Assembly (NCBI RefSeq): GCF_000354175.2
Contig: NC_022349.1
Coordinates: 1,170,001 to 1,202,000, forward strand
Reading direction: 5' to 3'
From: Vibrio alginolyticus NBRC 15630 = ATCC 17749
Lineage (GTDB): Bacteria; Pseudomonadota; Gammaproteobacteria; Enterobacterales; Vibrionaceae
Length of the DNA: 32,000 nucleotides
The notes below the pieces were generated by a model. That model worked only from the letters and a program-made list of their open reading frames with translations, made no database searches and was not told the DNA's origin. Positions 16,647 through 25,891 of the stretch are shown piece by piece; within the stretch, counting starts at the first letter, position 1, and each line of letters opens with the position of its first letter. The position numbers and the translations under genes are program-made.

Positions 16647-17822
16647 TTATTCACCATCCAATCCGCGGATTGGCTTGATCGTCCCCCATCCTTTACAGGA
16701 CGGACAATGCCAATAAAGGGAATGGGTAGAAAATCCACACTTCCGGCATCGGTAATGTGGTTTCACTTTTAACTGTTCACCCACCATCGCTTGTAGTGTT
16801 GATAGGCTGTCTTTCGCTCGACCATCTTCTGCTTCTGCAATGTGGTAGTCAATTAAACGGTAGAAGCCCTTCATGGTTGGGTTTTTCAGCAATTGTTTCG
16901 TCAGTAACTCTTGAGCAGCCCCAACGTTCTCGTGATGAGCAACTAATTGAGCCAACATCAACTCGGCTGATACGCCAGCTTTCTTATCAATACAAGCTCG
17001 CAGAAACTCGACAAGTTCATCTTCCTGACCCAGATGATGATAGCATTCTGCAATAGTTGGCAAGACATCACTGATAAAGTCTTTATCTTGCTCAAGTACC
17101 CCTGTCAGATATTTGATGGTGTGCTTATAGTCTTCAGACTCTAGATAAATTCGTCCCAAAGCAATACTTGCTCGAACACACTTCGGGTCTTCCGCTAACG
17201 CTTTTTTAAAATGCTGTATTGCCTTATTAGTATTCCCATCAGCTTGGTCGAGCATGGCTATTTCACACCAAAAATGGGCAATATTTGCACGCATCCTTGA
17301 GCGTTTATTACCTAACTTAGCCAATTGGTTCGCGTAATAAATCGCCTTTTCCCATTCTCGTGTTTGCTGATAAATGGTCACTAATTGTTGAAGAGCCGCC
17401 TCTTTGTAATCTGGCTCTTCAACTAACTGTTCGAAGATTTTCTCTGCACGATCAAGAAAACCTGAGACCATGTAGTCTTTCGCTAACTGTTGAAGGGCGA
17501 GGTTCTTTTGGTCCAGTGTTAAGCCTGAACGAGAAATAAGATTTTGGTGAATTCTGATTGCGCGGTCGACTTCACCACGAGACCGGAACAGGTTACCCAA
17601 CGCAAGGTGAGTATCGATGGTCTCGTTATCAACTTGGAGCAATTCAATAAAGTGATCGACAGCCTTATCTGATTGGTCAGAGAGCAGTAGATTAAGACCC
17701 GTCATATACTGACGAGAGATTTGATGAGATTGCTTCTGCTTGTCTTGCTGAGCGCTGCGATGTCCCATATACCAGCCATACGCAGCAGCTATAGGCAACA
17801 ACAAGAAGAGTAGTTCAAGCAT
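16647..17822 (-). CDS. lapB: LPS assembly regulator LapB (YciM): TPR protein with C-terminal rubredoxin-like domain
   Basis: The N-terminus MLELLFLLLPIAAAYGWYMG.RSAQQ.KQ matches E. coli LapB. TPR repeats are present. The C-terminal CRKCGF....WHCPSCKGW metal-binding motif is present. Confidence 0.92.
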   Translation of the reverse strand: MLELLFLLLPIAAAYGWYMGHRSAQQDKQKQSHQISRQYMTGLNLLLSDQSDKAVDHFIELLQVDNETIDTHLALGNLFRSRGEVDRAIRIHQNLISRSGLTLDQKNLALQQLAKDYMVSGFLDRAEKIFEQLVEEPDYKEAALQQLVTIYQQTREWEKAIYYANQLAKLGNKRSRMRANIAHFWCEIAMLDQADGNTNKAIQHFKKALAEDPKCVRASIALGRIYLESEDYKHTIKYLTGVLEQDKDFISDVLPTIAECYHHLGQEDELVEFLRACIDKKAGVSAELMLAQLVAHHENVGAAQELLTKQLLKNPTMKGFYRLIDYHIAEAEDGRAKDSLSTLQAMVGEQLKVKPHYRCRKCGFSTHSLYWHCPSCKGWGTIKPIRGLDGE

Positions 17823-17840
17823 TAAAGTTAAGCCTTATCC

Positions 17841-18137
17841 TTATGCCTGTTTTTCAATGGCTGGCTTATCAGCAGCGTTGTTTGATTCAGTTGGTTCGTA
17901 CTTTTTCAGTTTTTTCTTTAAACGACGGACCTGTAGCTGAGTTTTCAGTTGGATGCTACCAAAGATAACCCACGCTAAAGCAAAGCCAACCACAAATACT
18001 ACACCTAATAGCGTAGATAAGTGGAACTCTCCTTTTGCTAGAAGATAGTTAAAAGTCACGAGCTCTTGGTTTTGGGAACCTAACGCCAATGCAATTAAAA
18101 AGAGAGCTAAAACAGCAACGATTTTTATAATTTTCAT
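17841..18137 (-). CDS. lapA: LPS assembly protein LapA (YciS)
   Basis: A small two-TM protein. The block G.QN...VTFNYLLA.GE...STLL.V.F..GFA..W matches E. coli LapA. It lies immediately upstream of lapB. Confidence 0.88.
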   Translation of the reverse strand: MKIIKIVAVLALFLIALALGSQNQELVTFNYLLAKGEFHLSTLLGVVFVVGFALAWVIFGSIQLKTQLQVRRLKKKLKKYEPTESNNAADKPAIEKQA

Positions 18138-18352
18138 GTTACATCACCCTTCTAGGAGTAAGTCGGTAAGATTATGCAGGAAAATGCTTCTTCAGACTAC
18201 GTATATTAGCAATAATCTATACCCAAGTAACCTCAAGATGCTTAGTTTGTAGACATGCTTAGAAGTTAAAGTTATTTGGGTATAGAAAACAGCTGAATCC
18301 ACAATTAGATTAGTAAACGATCTTGGATGTATTACTAACTTGGATACATTAC

Positions 18353-18388
18353 AAAAAAGCGGCATACACAAACGTATGCCGCTTTTTT
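18353..18388 (-). terminator. Rho-independent terminator after ihfB (bidirectional shape)
   Basis: AAAAAA-GCGGCATAC-ACAAAC-GTATGCCGC-TTTTTT. Confidence 0.85.
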
Positions 18389-18406
18389 CAAACTAATAAG
18401 AGTGCA

Positions 18407-18688
18407 TTAACCAATATTTACACGCTCACGAAGTTCTTTACCAGGTTTGAAATGTGGAACGTATTTACCTTCCAATTCCACTTTATCGCCCGTTTTAGGG
18501 TTACGACCTACGCGAGGCTCGCGGTAATGAAGAGAAAAACTACCAAAGCCACGGATCTCGATACGGTCACCGCTCTCTAGTGTAGAGGCCATGTGCTCTA
18601 AAATATCTTTTACAGCATCCTCTACCTCTTTCGCTGATAAGTGTGTTTGCTCAGCGCAGAGTCTTTCAATCAGTTCAGACTTAGTCAT
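18407..18688 (-). CDS. ihfB: Integration host factor beta subunit
   Basis: [10 protein letters not shown]......[61 protein letters not shown] is the canonical IhfB sequence. Confidence 0.96.
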   Translation of the reverse strand: MTKSELIERLCAEQTHLSAKEVEDAVKDILEHMASTLESGDRIEIRGFGSFSLHYREPRVGRNPKTGDKVELEGKYVPHFKPGKELRERVNIG

Positions 18689-18858
18689 AGTTGCCCTCTT
18701 TGAGTATCTTTATCACTTATTATAGTAAGTAATACTAATTCCAACAAACACTTGCTGACAATTCTAGACAAATTTTATGCAAAATGCGCAATGAAGAAAT
18801 GCCTTTTATTAAGATAGTTTACTGTCATTAGTATTACTACTTAAATATGACCAAATAT

Positions 18859-18886
18859 AAAAAAGGAGCCTTGCGGCTCCTTTTTT
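18859..18886 (-). terminator. Rho-independent terminator after rpsA
   Basis: AAAAAA-GGAGCC-TTGC-GGCTCC-TTTTTT. Confidence 0.85.
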
Positions 18887-18901
18887 GCTTAAGCGAGTAT
18901 A

Positions 18902-20572
18902 TTATTCGCCTTTAGCAGCTTTGAAAGCGTCAGCCATTGCGTTACCGAATGCATTGTCATCTTGCTTGTTGATAGATGCCATTGCTTCTTGCTCGTCAGC
19001 TTCGTCTTTAGCTTTGATAGATAGGTTGATTACGCGGTTCTTACGGTCTACACCTGTGAACTTCGCTTCAACAACATCACCAGCGCTTAGGATTAGAGAA
19101 GCATCTTCTACGCGATCGCGTGATACTTCAGAAGCACGGATGTAACCTTCAACGCCTTCTGCGATTTCAACAGTAGCGCCTTTAGCGTCAACAGCAGTTA
19201 CAGTAGCGTTAACTAGAACACCTTTCTTGTTGTCAGCAACGTAAGCATTGAATGGGTCATTTTCCATTTGCTTGATGCCTAGAGAAATGCGCTCACGCTC
19301 AGCGTCTACTGCTAGAACAACTGCAGAGATCTCGTCGCCTTTCTTGTACTCACGTACAGCTTCTTCACCAGCAACATTCCAAGAAATGTCAGATAGGTGA
19401 ACTAGACCGTCGATGCCGCCTTCTAGACCGATGAAGATACCGAAGTCAGTGATAGACTTGATCTTACCAGTAACTTTGTCGCCTTTAGCTTGTGCTTCAG
19501 CGAATGACTGCCATGGGTTAGCTTTACACTGTTTCAGACCTAGAGAGATACGACGACGTTCTTCGTCGATTTCAAGAACCATAACCTCAACTTCGTCGCC
19601 AACATTAACAACTTTAGAAGGGTGGATGTTCTTGTTAGTCCAATCCATTTCTGAAACGTGAACTAGACCTTCAACGCCTTCTTCGATTTCAACGAAGCAG
19701 CCGTAGTCAGTTAGGTTAGTTACGCGACCAGTTAGTTTGTGACCTTCTGGGTAACGCTTAGCGATTGCTACCCATGGATCTTCGCCTAGTTGCTTAAGAC
19801 CTAGTGATACGCGAGTACGCTCACGGTCGAACTTAAGAACTTTAACTTGGATCTCGTCACCAACGTTAACGATTTCAGATGGGTGCTTAACGCGCTTCCA
19901 AGCCATATCAGTGATATGTAGAAGACCGTCAACGCCACCTAGGTCAACGAACGCACCGTAGTCAGTAAGGTTCTTAACGATACCTTTAACTTCAGAACCT
20001 TCTTGTAGAGTTTCTAGAAGCTCGTCACGCTCAACGCTGTTCTCTGATTCGATAACTGCACGACGTGAAACAACTACGTTGTTACGTTTTTGGTCAAGTT
20101 TGATAACTTTGAACTCTAGCTCTTTGTTTTCTAGGTGAGCAGTGTCGCGGATTGGACGTACGTCTACTAGAGAGCCAGGAAGGAAAGCACGGATACCGTT
20201 TAGTTCAACAGTGAAACCGCCTTTAACTTTACCGTTGATGATACCAACAACAGTTTCAGCTTCTTCGTAAGCTTTCTCAAGTACGATCCAAGCTTCGTGA
20301 CGCTTAGCTTTCTCACGAGAAAGTTGAGTTTCACCGAAACCATCTTCAACAGCGTCTAGAGCTACGTCTACTTCAGCGCCAACTTCAACTTCAAGTTCGC
20401 CAGCAGCGTTCTTGAACTGTTCAGCAGGGATAGCAGATTCAGACTTAAGACCAGCGTCAACAAGAACGAAACCGTTCTCGATAGCTACTACAGTACCTTT
20501 AACGATGCTGCCTTGTTGGAATTCTGTTTCGTTTAGAAACTCTTCAAAGAGTTGAGCAAAAGATTCAGTCAT
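18902..20572 (-). CDS. rpsA: 30S ribosomal protein S1
   Basis: [13 protein letters not shown]........IV.G.VVAI...[18 protein letters not shown] start. Six S1 repeats are present. 556 aa. Confidence 0.97.
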   Translation of the reverse strand: MTESFAQLFEEFLNETEFQQGSIVKGTVVAIENGFVLVDAGLKSESAIPAEQFKNAAGELEVEVGAEVDVALDAVEDGFGETQLSREKAKRHEAWIVLEKAYEEAETVVGIINGKVKGGFTVELNGIRAFLPGSLVDVRPIRDTAHLENKELEFKVIKLDQKRNNVVVSRRAVIESENSVERDELLETLQEGSEVKGIVKNLTDYGAFVDLGGVDGLLHITDMAWKRVKHPSEIVNVGDEIQVKVLKFDRERTRVSLGLKQLGEDPWVAIAKRYPEGHKLTGRVTNLTDYGCFVEIEEGVEGLVHVSEMDWTNKNIHPSKVVNVGDEVEVMVLEIDEERRRISLGLKQCKANPWQSFAEAQAKGDKVTGKIKSITDFGIFIGLEGGIDGLVHLSDISWNVAGEEAVREYKKGDEISAVVLAVDAERERISLGIKQMENDPFNAYVADNKKGVLVNATVTAVDAKGATVEIAEGVEGYIRASEVSRDRVEDASLILSAGDVVEAKFTGVDRKNRVINLSIKAKDEADEQEAMASINKQDDNAFGNAMADAFKAAKGE

Positions 20573-20682
20573 TTAATTAATCTTCAATAAATTAAACTTC
20601 CACGGGTATCCTACCGCATGGGGTTATTAAATTCGCCAGTCATCATCCTTGCGACCAACGCTCTTAGCCTAGTCGAGTATTA
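20573..20682 (-). promoter_or_regulatory. rpsA 5' leader with only a vestigial SD (GAAG)
   Basis: The mRNA sense immediately upstream of the ATG reads ...UUGAAGAUUAAUUAA-AUG, with no canonical SD. E. coli rpsA is known to be translated and autoregulated from a leader with a degenerate GAAG element. I did not establish the leader structures here. Confidence 0.4.
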
Positions 20683-21363
20683 TTACTCAGCTAGCTTCGA
20701 TTCGATATATTGTAGTGCCTTTTCTACTACTTCGTCGATAGTCATCGACGTAGAATCTAGCACAAGCGCATCCTCAGCAGGGCGTAATGGCGCCACTGGG
20801 CGGTTACGATCTCGGTCGTCACGCTCTTGGATCTCGCTTAAAAGGTCAGCAAATCTAACATCTAACCCTTTCTCTTGCAACTGTTTAAGGCGTCGATTTG
20901 CACGCTCTTCAGCACTCGCATCAAGGAAGATTTTTGCTTGCGCACTCGGGAATACAATTGTGCCCATATCACGACCATCAGCAACCAGACCCGGTGCGGT
21001 CTCAAATGCACGCTGACGACGTAGTAATGCCTCACGAACACGTGGCAAAGCCGCAACTTTAGATGCTGCCATACCCGTTTCTTCTTTACGAAGCTCCCCT
21101 GACACGTCTTCGCCTTCTAGAATGACCTTAACTAAGTCACCTTCCGCGATAAATTGAACGTCTAGGTGGGTTGCTAGTGGGACAAGAGCATCTTCTGACT
21201 CGGTGTCGACACCGTGGTGAATCGCAGCGAGTGCAAGTACACGATAAATTGCGCCAGAATCTAAGAGTTGGAAACCCAACTTTTTCGCCAGCAACATACA
21301 TAAAGTGCCTTTACCTGCACCACTAGGTCCATCTACGGTTACAACCGGAGTTTGAGAGGACAT
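20683..21363 (-). CDS. cmk: Cytidylate kinase
   Basis: P-loop [14 protein letters not shown] directly after MSSQTP. I place the start at the internal ATG (21361-21363, GGAGAAGAAC-ATG) rather than the ORF-track start at 21420, whose 19-aa extension has no SD. Confidence 0.92.
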   Translation of the reverse strand: MSSQTPVVTVDGPSGAGKGTLCMLLAKKLGFQLLDSGAIYRVLALAAIHHGVDTESEDALVPLATHLDVQFIAEGDLVKVILEGEDVSGELRKEETGMAASKVAALPRVREALLRRQRAFETAPGLVADGRDMGTIVFPSAQAKIFLDASAEERANRRLKQLQEKGLDVRFADLLSEIQERDDRDRNRPVAPLRPAEDALVLDSTSMTIDEVVEKALQYIESKLAE

Positions 21364-21514
21364 GTTCTTCTCCACCAATAGTTTCTTTTCAGCAATTTGC
21401 TCGGTTTTCGAGGCGCACATTATACGGGTAATCAGTCTTTGGAGCGAGGAAAAATGTCGTGTAAAGCATTACACCTAATGCGTAATTGGATTCATCAATA
21501 AACATAAAGTTCAA

Positions 21515-21548
21515 CAAAAACGGCGAGAGCTTCTGCCCTCGCCGTTTT
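21515..21548 (-). terminator. Rho-independent terminator after sohB
   Basis: Minus-strand reading: ACGGCGAGGGCAGAAGCTCTCGCCGT followed by TTTTTG. Confidence 0.75.
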
Positions 21549-21571
21549 AAATGTCATGAACTTAAGCTCGA

Positions 21572-22633
21572 TTAAACAATCGGTTTTTGACCACGCTCAG
21601 CTAACTTTAAAATCACACTATCAGCGACTTTACCCGCCACACCTGCTAGCTTGTCTGCCAGCTTTTTCTTCTGCACATAATGCACAGAAAGTACGGTTTT
21701 ATCTTTGCATGCCGCAACAACGATATCATCAGATGTACTAATGTCATCCACCAAACCAAGCTCTTTCGCTTGTGTACCGAACCAGTGCTCACCAGTGGCT
21801 ACTTTGTCTAGGTCCAAACTAGGACGACGCTCACGGATGAAGTCTTTAAACAAGACATGTGTTTCTTCAAGTTCTTGCTTAAACTTATCGCGCGCTTTAT
21901 CGGTATTCTCACCGAACATCGTTAGCGTGCGTTTATATTCACCCGCTGTTAGTTGTTCGTACTCAATGTCATGTTTCTTCAACAGTTTGTTGAAGTTAGG
22001 AATTTGTGCGATAACGCCAATAGACCCCACAATTGCAAATGGTGCAGAAACAATCTTATCTGCTACACATGCCATCATGTAACCGCCACTTGCCGCAACT
22101 TTGTCAACAGAGATGGTCAGAGGAAGACCCGCAGCTTTGATTCGGTCCAGTTGAGAAGAGGCAAGGCCGTAACCATGAACCATACCACCGCCAGACTCTA
22201 AGCGAAGTAACACTTCATCACCTTCACGTGCGACAGCCAAAATAGCGGTGATTTCTTCACGTAGAGACGCGACTTCTTTTGCGTCTATGCTACCGTTGAA
22301 ATCAAGAACAAATAGGTGTGGTTCACGCTTGCTATCTAATGAACCGTCTTTGCTCGCTTGTTTGATTTCTTTCTCGCGAGATTTGTTCTTCTCTTTTTCT
22401 TCTTTCTTGACGGCTTTATCTCGAGCCTTGATGAAAGCATCGTCATGCAAATGATGCTCTAACTGCTCAACAGATTGTTTGTGTTGCTCTGAAAGGTTGG
22501 TAATCTCTAACTCCCCTTTCGCCGCACCCGATTTGCCACCAGCCGATTTTGCAATAATGAGCAGAACAATTATCGCAGCAACCACCGTGATAATTTTGGC
22601 CAGAAACAGACCATAATCTAATAAAAATTCCAA
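21572..22633 (-). CDS. sohB: Inner-membrane S49-family serine peptidase SohB
   Basis: N-terminal TM segment, then a charged Lys/Glu-rich linker, then a ClpP/SppA-type S49 domain (...VASGGYMMACVADKI.....A.VGSIGV...). Size and layout match SohB. Confidence 0.85.
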   Translation of the reverse strand: MEFLLDYGLFLAKIITVVAAIIVLLIIAKSAGGKSGAAKGELEITNLSEQHKQSVEQLEHHLHDDAFIKARDKAVKKEEKEKNKSREKEIKQASKDGSLDSKREPHLFVLDFNGSIDAKEVASLREEITAILAVAREGDEVLLRLESGGGMVHGYGLASSQLDRIKAAGLPLTISVDKVAASGGYMMACVADKIVSAPFAIVGSIGVIAQIPNFNKLLKKHDIEYEQLTAGEYKRTLTMFGENTDKARDKFKQELEETHVLFKDFIRERRPSLDLDKVATGEHWFGTQAKELGLVDDISTSDDIVVAACKDKTVLSVHYVQKKKLADKLAGVAGKVADSVILKLAERGQKPIV

Positions 22634-22887
22634 CGAGAGCTCCTTTATCTCATTTCAGATGACGTTAGTATGTTACGCAGAAACATCAGCGAGAAGGCAG
22701 CGCGGTTTGTAACCACTTGTTCTGATTGATAGCATACCTAACGAAAGTTCTGGAATTGGTATAACACATGAATTGGTGTATTGTAACCATCTTGTCACGA
22801 TTACCAAGATTTTCCATTGAGAAACAGGCGTTTTTTAGCGTCAATTAACTATCATGGACCCTCTTACAATAATAAGGATTTATCGCC

Positions 22888-23634
22888 GTGAACTACTCCG
22901 TTTCAGCTGATGCTCTAAAAGGTAAAGTCATTCTTGTTACTGGCGCTGGTAATGGCATCGGCCGTCAAGCCGCGCTTTCTTATGCCGAGCACGGTGCAAC
23001 TGTTATTCTCTTGGGTAGAAATGTGCAAAACCTTGAATCTATCTATGATGAGATTGAAGCTGCTGGCTATCCACAAGCAGCTATCATTCCATTGGATCTC
23101 AAGGGTGCAACTCAGCAGAATTACATTGATATGGCAGAGACAATCGAAGGACAGTTTGGTCGCTTGGATGGTCTATTACACAACGCAGGTGTCTTGAGTT
23201 CGCTGTGTCCATTTGATCAAATCAAAGAGGAAGACTTCGACGATATCATGCAGATCAACGTGAAAGCCGAAGTGCTAATGACTCAAGCACTACTGCCTGT
23301 GATGCGTAAATCAGAAGCTGGGCGTATTATCTTTACCTCTTCAACCGTCGGCCACTCTGGCCGCGCATTCTGGGGGCCATACGCTATCTCTAAATTTGCC
23401 GTAGAAGGCATGATGCAAGTTTTGGCTGACGAGCTGAGTGATACACCGATCCGCGTTAACGCAATTAACCCTGGTGCCACTCGTACTCGCATGCGTGAAA
23501 AAGCATATCCGGGTGAAGATGCGAATACTCTCAAAACGCCACTGGATATCATGCCGCTATATTTGCACTTAATGGATCCTGCGGTTACCGATGTGAACGG
23601 TCAGTGCATCGACGCTCAACCGAAGCGTAAATAA
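22888..23634 (+). CDS. yciK: Short-chain dehydrogenase/reductase YciK
   Basis: GTG start with AAGGA 9 nt upstream. Cofactor motif VTGAGNGIGR and catalytic Y...K (YAISKFA). There is long colinear identity with E. coli YciK as I recall it (ATVILLGRN, RLDG.LHNAG.L, QALLP....S.AG...FTSS.VG..GRA.WG.YA.SKFA.EGMMQVLADE, INPG.TRT.MR, PLYL.LM). Confidence 0.85.
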   Translation: MNYSVSADALKGKVILVTGAGNGIGRQAALSYAEHGATVILLGRNVQNLESIYDEIEAAGYPQAAIIPLDLKGATQQNYIDMAETIEGQFGRLDGLLHNAGVLSSLCPFDQIKEEDFDDIMQINVKAEVLMTQALLPVMRKSEAGRIIFTSSTVGHSGRAFWGPYAISKFAVEGMMQVLADELSDTPIRVNAINPGATRTRMREKAYPGEDANTLKTPLDIMPLYLHLMDPAVTDVNGQCIDAQPKRK

Positions 23635-23668
23635 CTCATTCAGGTTACCTCACATAATCGATTGAAAA

Positions 23669-23691
23669 GGCAGCAAACGCTGCCTTTTTTC
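23669..23691 (+). terminator. Rho-independent terminator after yciK
   Basis: GGCAGC-AAAC-GCTGCC followed by TTTTTTC. It lies inside the ORF-track 5' extension of imuA, which argues against that extension. Confidence 0.85.
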
Positions 23692-23712
23692 ATTTCTCTC
23701 TTCATAAAAATC

Positions 23713-23740
23713 TTGCGACTTTCTCCCACAGAAATATACT
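23713..23740 (+). promoter_or_regulatory. Sigma70-type promoter of the imuA-imuB-dnaE2 operon
   Basis: TTGCGA (23713-23718), then N16, then TATACT (23735-23740). The -10 is overlapped by the LexA box. Confidence 0.55.
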
Positions 23741-23756
23741 GTATATATATACAGGT
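23737..23756. promoter_or_regulatory. LexA (SOS) box
   Basis: TACTGTATATATATACAGGT versus the gammaproteobacterial consensus TACTG(TA)5CAGTA. The CTGT-N8-ACAG core is perfect. It lies 8 nt upstream of the imuA ATG. Confidence 0.9.
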
Positions 23757-23763
23757 ATTTATT

Positions 23764-24456
23764 ATGCAAGATATTATTCAGAACTTAAAAAGCCAACACC
23801 TTGTTTGGCAAGCAAATTTAACGAAAGCAGATCCTCAGCAGTTGCAGACTAGTTCCGGTTTTTCTGAATTAGATGATTTGCTCGGCGGAGGCTTTCCACC
23901 TCATGGCGTAGTGGAGATGGAATCTATTGGTAGTATTGGTGAATTGCGTTTGCTCGCTCCCTATTTAAAAGCCACTCAGACCAATGGTGTGACCGCATTT
24001 ATTCAACCACCTGCGCTAGTGAATTCTCTGTTTTTACACTACATCGGGTTGGATATAAACCAAGTGTGGGTCGTTACTCCAACTCACCCCAAAGACGCTC
24101 TTTGGGCTGCAGAGCAATGTCTGAAAAGTGGGGTATGCAGTAATGTTTTGTTATGGCAAGAAGAGCTTGAAATACATCAAGTGAAACGCTTACAGGTAGC
24201 AAGTGAACAAGGGAGTTGCCCTCTCTTTATGCTTAAAACAGATACTATCAACCGCTTGTCTTTGCCTGTGTCACTCAGTTTAAAACTGAAAGGCGACGAG
24301 CAAGGGATTCATGTTGAAGTGCTGAAAAGGAAAGGAGGCTGGAATAGAGGTAGCGTTAGTATCGGATTCCAACACCATTACCCGCAACTGGTGAAACCAT
24401 CATCTGAAACTGTGCACTCGACTGTGGTCAACTTCCCACTGGCGAACCAAGGTTAG
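23764..24456 (+). CDS. imuA: ImuA (SulA/RecA-like SOS mutagenesis protein)
   Basis: I take the start at ATG 23764 (MQDIIQNLK...), downstream of the yciK terminator and the LexA box. The ORF-track TTG start at 23662 would read through both. The motif SGFSELDDLLGGGFPPHGVVE is typical of ImuA. It is the first gene of the imuA-imuB-dnaE2 order. Confidence 0.8.
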   Translation: MQDIIQNLKSQHLVWQANLTKADPQQLQTSSGFSELDDLLGGGFPPHGVVEMESIGSIGELRLLAPYLKATQTNGVTAFIQPPALVNSLFLHYIGLDINQVWVVTPTHPKDALWAAEQCLKSGVCSNVLLWQEELEIHQVKRLQVASEQGSCPLFMLKTDTINRLSLPVSLSLKLKGDEQGIHVEVLKRKGGWNRGSVSIGFQHHYPQLVKPSSETVHSTVVNFPLANQG

Positions 24457-24460
24457 TGAT

Positions 24461-25864
24461 ATGTCTCTGTGGATTTACTTACACTTCCCTCGCCTGCAGC
24501 TAGACGCACTCTTTGGTGATAACCAAGAACAACCCGTGGTGATTGTCGAAAGCCAACGTTGCCAGATTATTCAATACAACGAGATTGCCGAACAACAAGG
24601 CATTAAGCCTGGTATGGGCTTAGGCAGTGCTGCGTCCTTGTGTCGAGATTTACAAGTGCATCCTTATCATCCACAAACCGAATTAAATAAATTACAAGAG
24701 GTAGCCCAGTGGTTGTATTTGATCACATCTGACGTTGTGTTGATGCCAAACCAAGGTATTTTACTGCGTGCTACTCCAATGCTCGCTCTGTATGAAGGGC
24801 TTGAAAACTATTGGAATAAAGTCAGAGCTCACTTATCGGAGCTGAAACTGAGTTTTCAATTCGGATGTGGTTTTTCGCCTTTTGCTGCCAAATTGATGGC
24901 ATTATCAGGAGCGAACGTCATCAGCGAAGACAAATCTGCCATACAAAAAGCCTTATCACCAATACCGTTAACACTGACAGATTTATCAAACGCTACCGTA
25001 GAGAAGTTACAACGTGTAGGTGTCACCACATTGCAAAACCTGCTTGAACTGCCATTGCAAGACATCGCACGACGCTTTGATATCGATTTGGTGAACTACG
25101 TTGGTCGACTGACTGGGCAGTTTAAACACCCTGTCGACTTTTATCACCCTACCGAATCCTTTCAAGTTTATTTAGAGCTGTTGTTTGAGATCGAAAACGT
25201 TCAGTGGATTGAAAAGCCGTTGGCCAAATTACTTCGTCAACTCGAAATCTTTCTTAAATTAAGAGATAAGGTCGCTTTTGAACTGTGTTTAACACTCCAC
25301 CAGCGTGAGAAACAAGAGCAACACCTTCAACTCACTTCTGCGCAAGGTGATTACCTATGTCAGCGTTGGCAACAGTTAGCGAGTTTGAGCTTAGAGTCAC
25401 TCTCGCTTAATGGCCCAGTCACAGGGCTAACGTTAAAAGTCATCCGTCAAGGTGAGCCTCTTAGTGCATCACGCGATCTCTTTGCTGGGCAGAAAGGAAA
25501 CATGAATGCTTTAGAGCTGCTCTCTTTACTGCAAGCTAAATTGGGAAAAAGTGCCGTTTTAAAACCCAATATTGCTTGCGATCCTAGACCAGAAAAGGCC
25601 AGTCAGTATCGCCCTGCTGATGCTCCGGATGAAAAGGGGCACGACATACCATCCATACTACGCCCAGCAATGCAATTACCGACTCCCATTGTATTGCAAG
25701 AGCAAGTTTCTTTGGTCCACGGACCTGAGCGAATAGTTTCTGGGTGGTGGGATGGTGATGAGATCATGCGTGATTACTACATTGCACACACCAAGCAAGG
25801 CCGCTGGTTATGGATATTTCGCGATCAGCACAAGCACTGGTTTCTTCATGGCTATTTTTGTTAA
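24461..25864 (+). CDS. imuB: ImuB (catalytically inactive Y-family polymerase-like protein)
   Basis: It starts MSLWIYLHFPRLQLDAL. It has Y-family-like N-terminal layout and the characteristic C-terminal end ...RIVSGWWDG....RDYY.A....G.W.WIF.......WFLHGYF. It sits between imuA and dnaE2. Confidence 0.85.
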   Translation: MSLWIYLHFPRLQLDALFGDNQEQPVVIVESQRCQIIQYNEIAEQQGIKPGMGLGSAASLCRDLQVHPYHPQTELNKLQEVAQWLYLITSDVVLMPNQGILLRATPMLALYEGLENYWNKVRAHLSELKLSFQFGCGFSPFAAKLMALSGANVISEDKSAIQKALSPIPLTLTDLSNATVEKLQRVGVTTLQNLLELPLQDIARRFDIDLVNYVGRLTGQFKHPVDFYHPTESFQVYLELLFEIENVQWIEKPLAKLLRQLEIFLKLRDKVAFELCLTLHQREKQEQHLQLTSAQGDYLCQRWQQLASLSLESLSLNGPVTGLTLKVIRQGEPLSASRDLFAGQKGNMNALELLSLLQAKLGKSAVLKPNIACDPRPEKASQYRPADAPDEKGHDIPSILRPAMQLPTPIVLQEQVSLVHGPERIVSGWWDGDEIMRDYYIAHTKQGRWLWIFRDQHKHWFLHGYFC

Positions 25865-25891
25865 ATCGACAGTTATTTTTGTTGGGTCATT

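Noticed and set aside
18296-18305. Third partial match to the 19-nt box (AATCCACAAT) upstream of lapA
   Set aside because: Only one half-site (10 nt) matches and the TGTGGA arm is missing. It is probably chance.
18902-20572. Periodic internal repetition in rpsA, and tandem halves in pqiA, pqiB and the c4 cytochrome
   Set aside because: These are explained by known domain duplications (six S1 domains, two PqiA halves, three MCE domains, two heme domains). They are not DNA repeats or arrays.
23662-23763. 5' extensions offered by the ORF track for imuA (23662), cmk (21420), cheV (30046) and mlc (31603)
   Set aside because: The extensions use TTG or unsupported starts. The imuA extension runs through a terminator and a LexA box. 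All add residues absent from the conserved N-termini. Internal ATGs with SD sequences give canonical N-termini.
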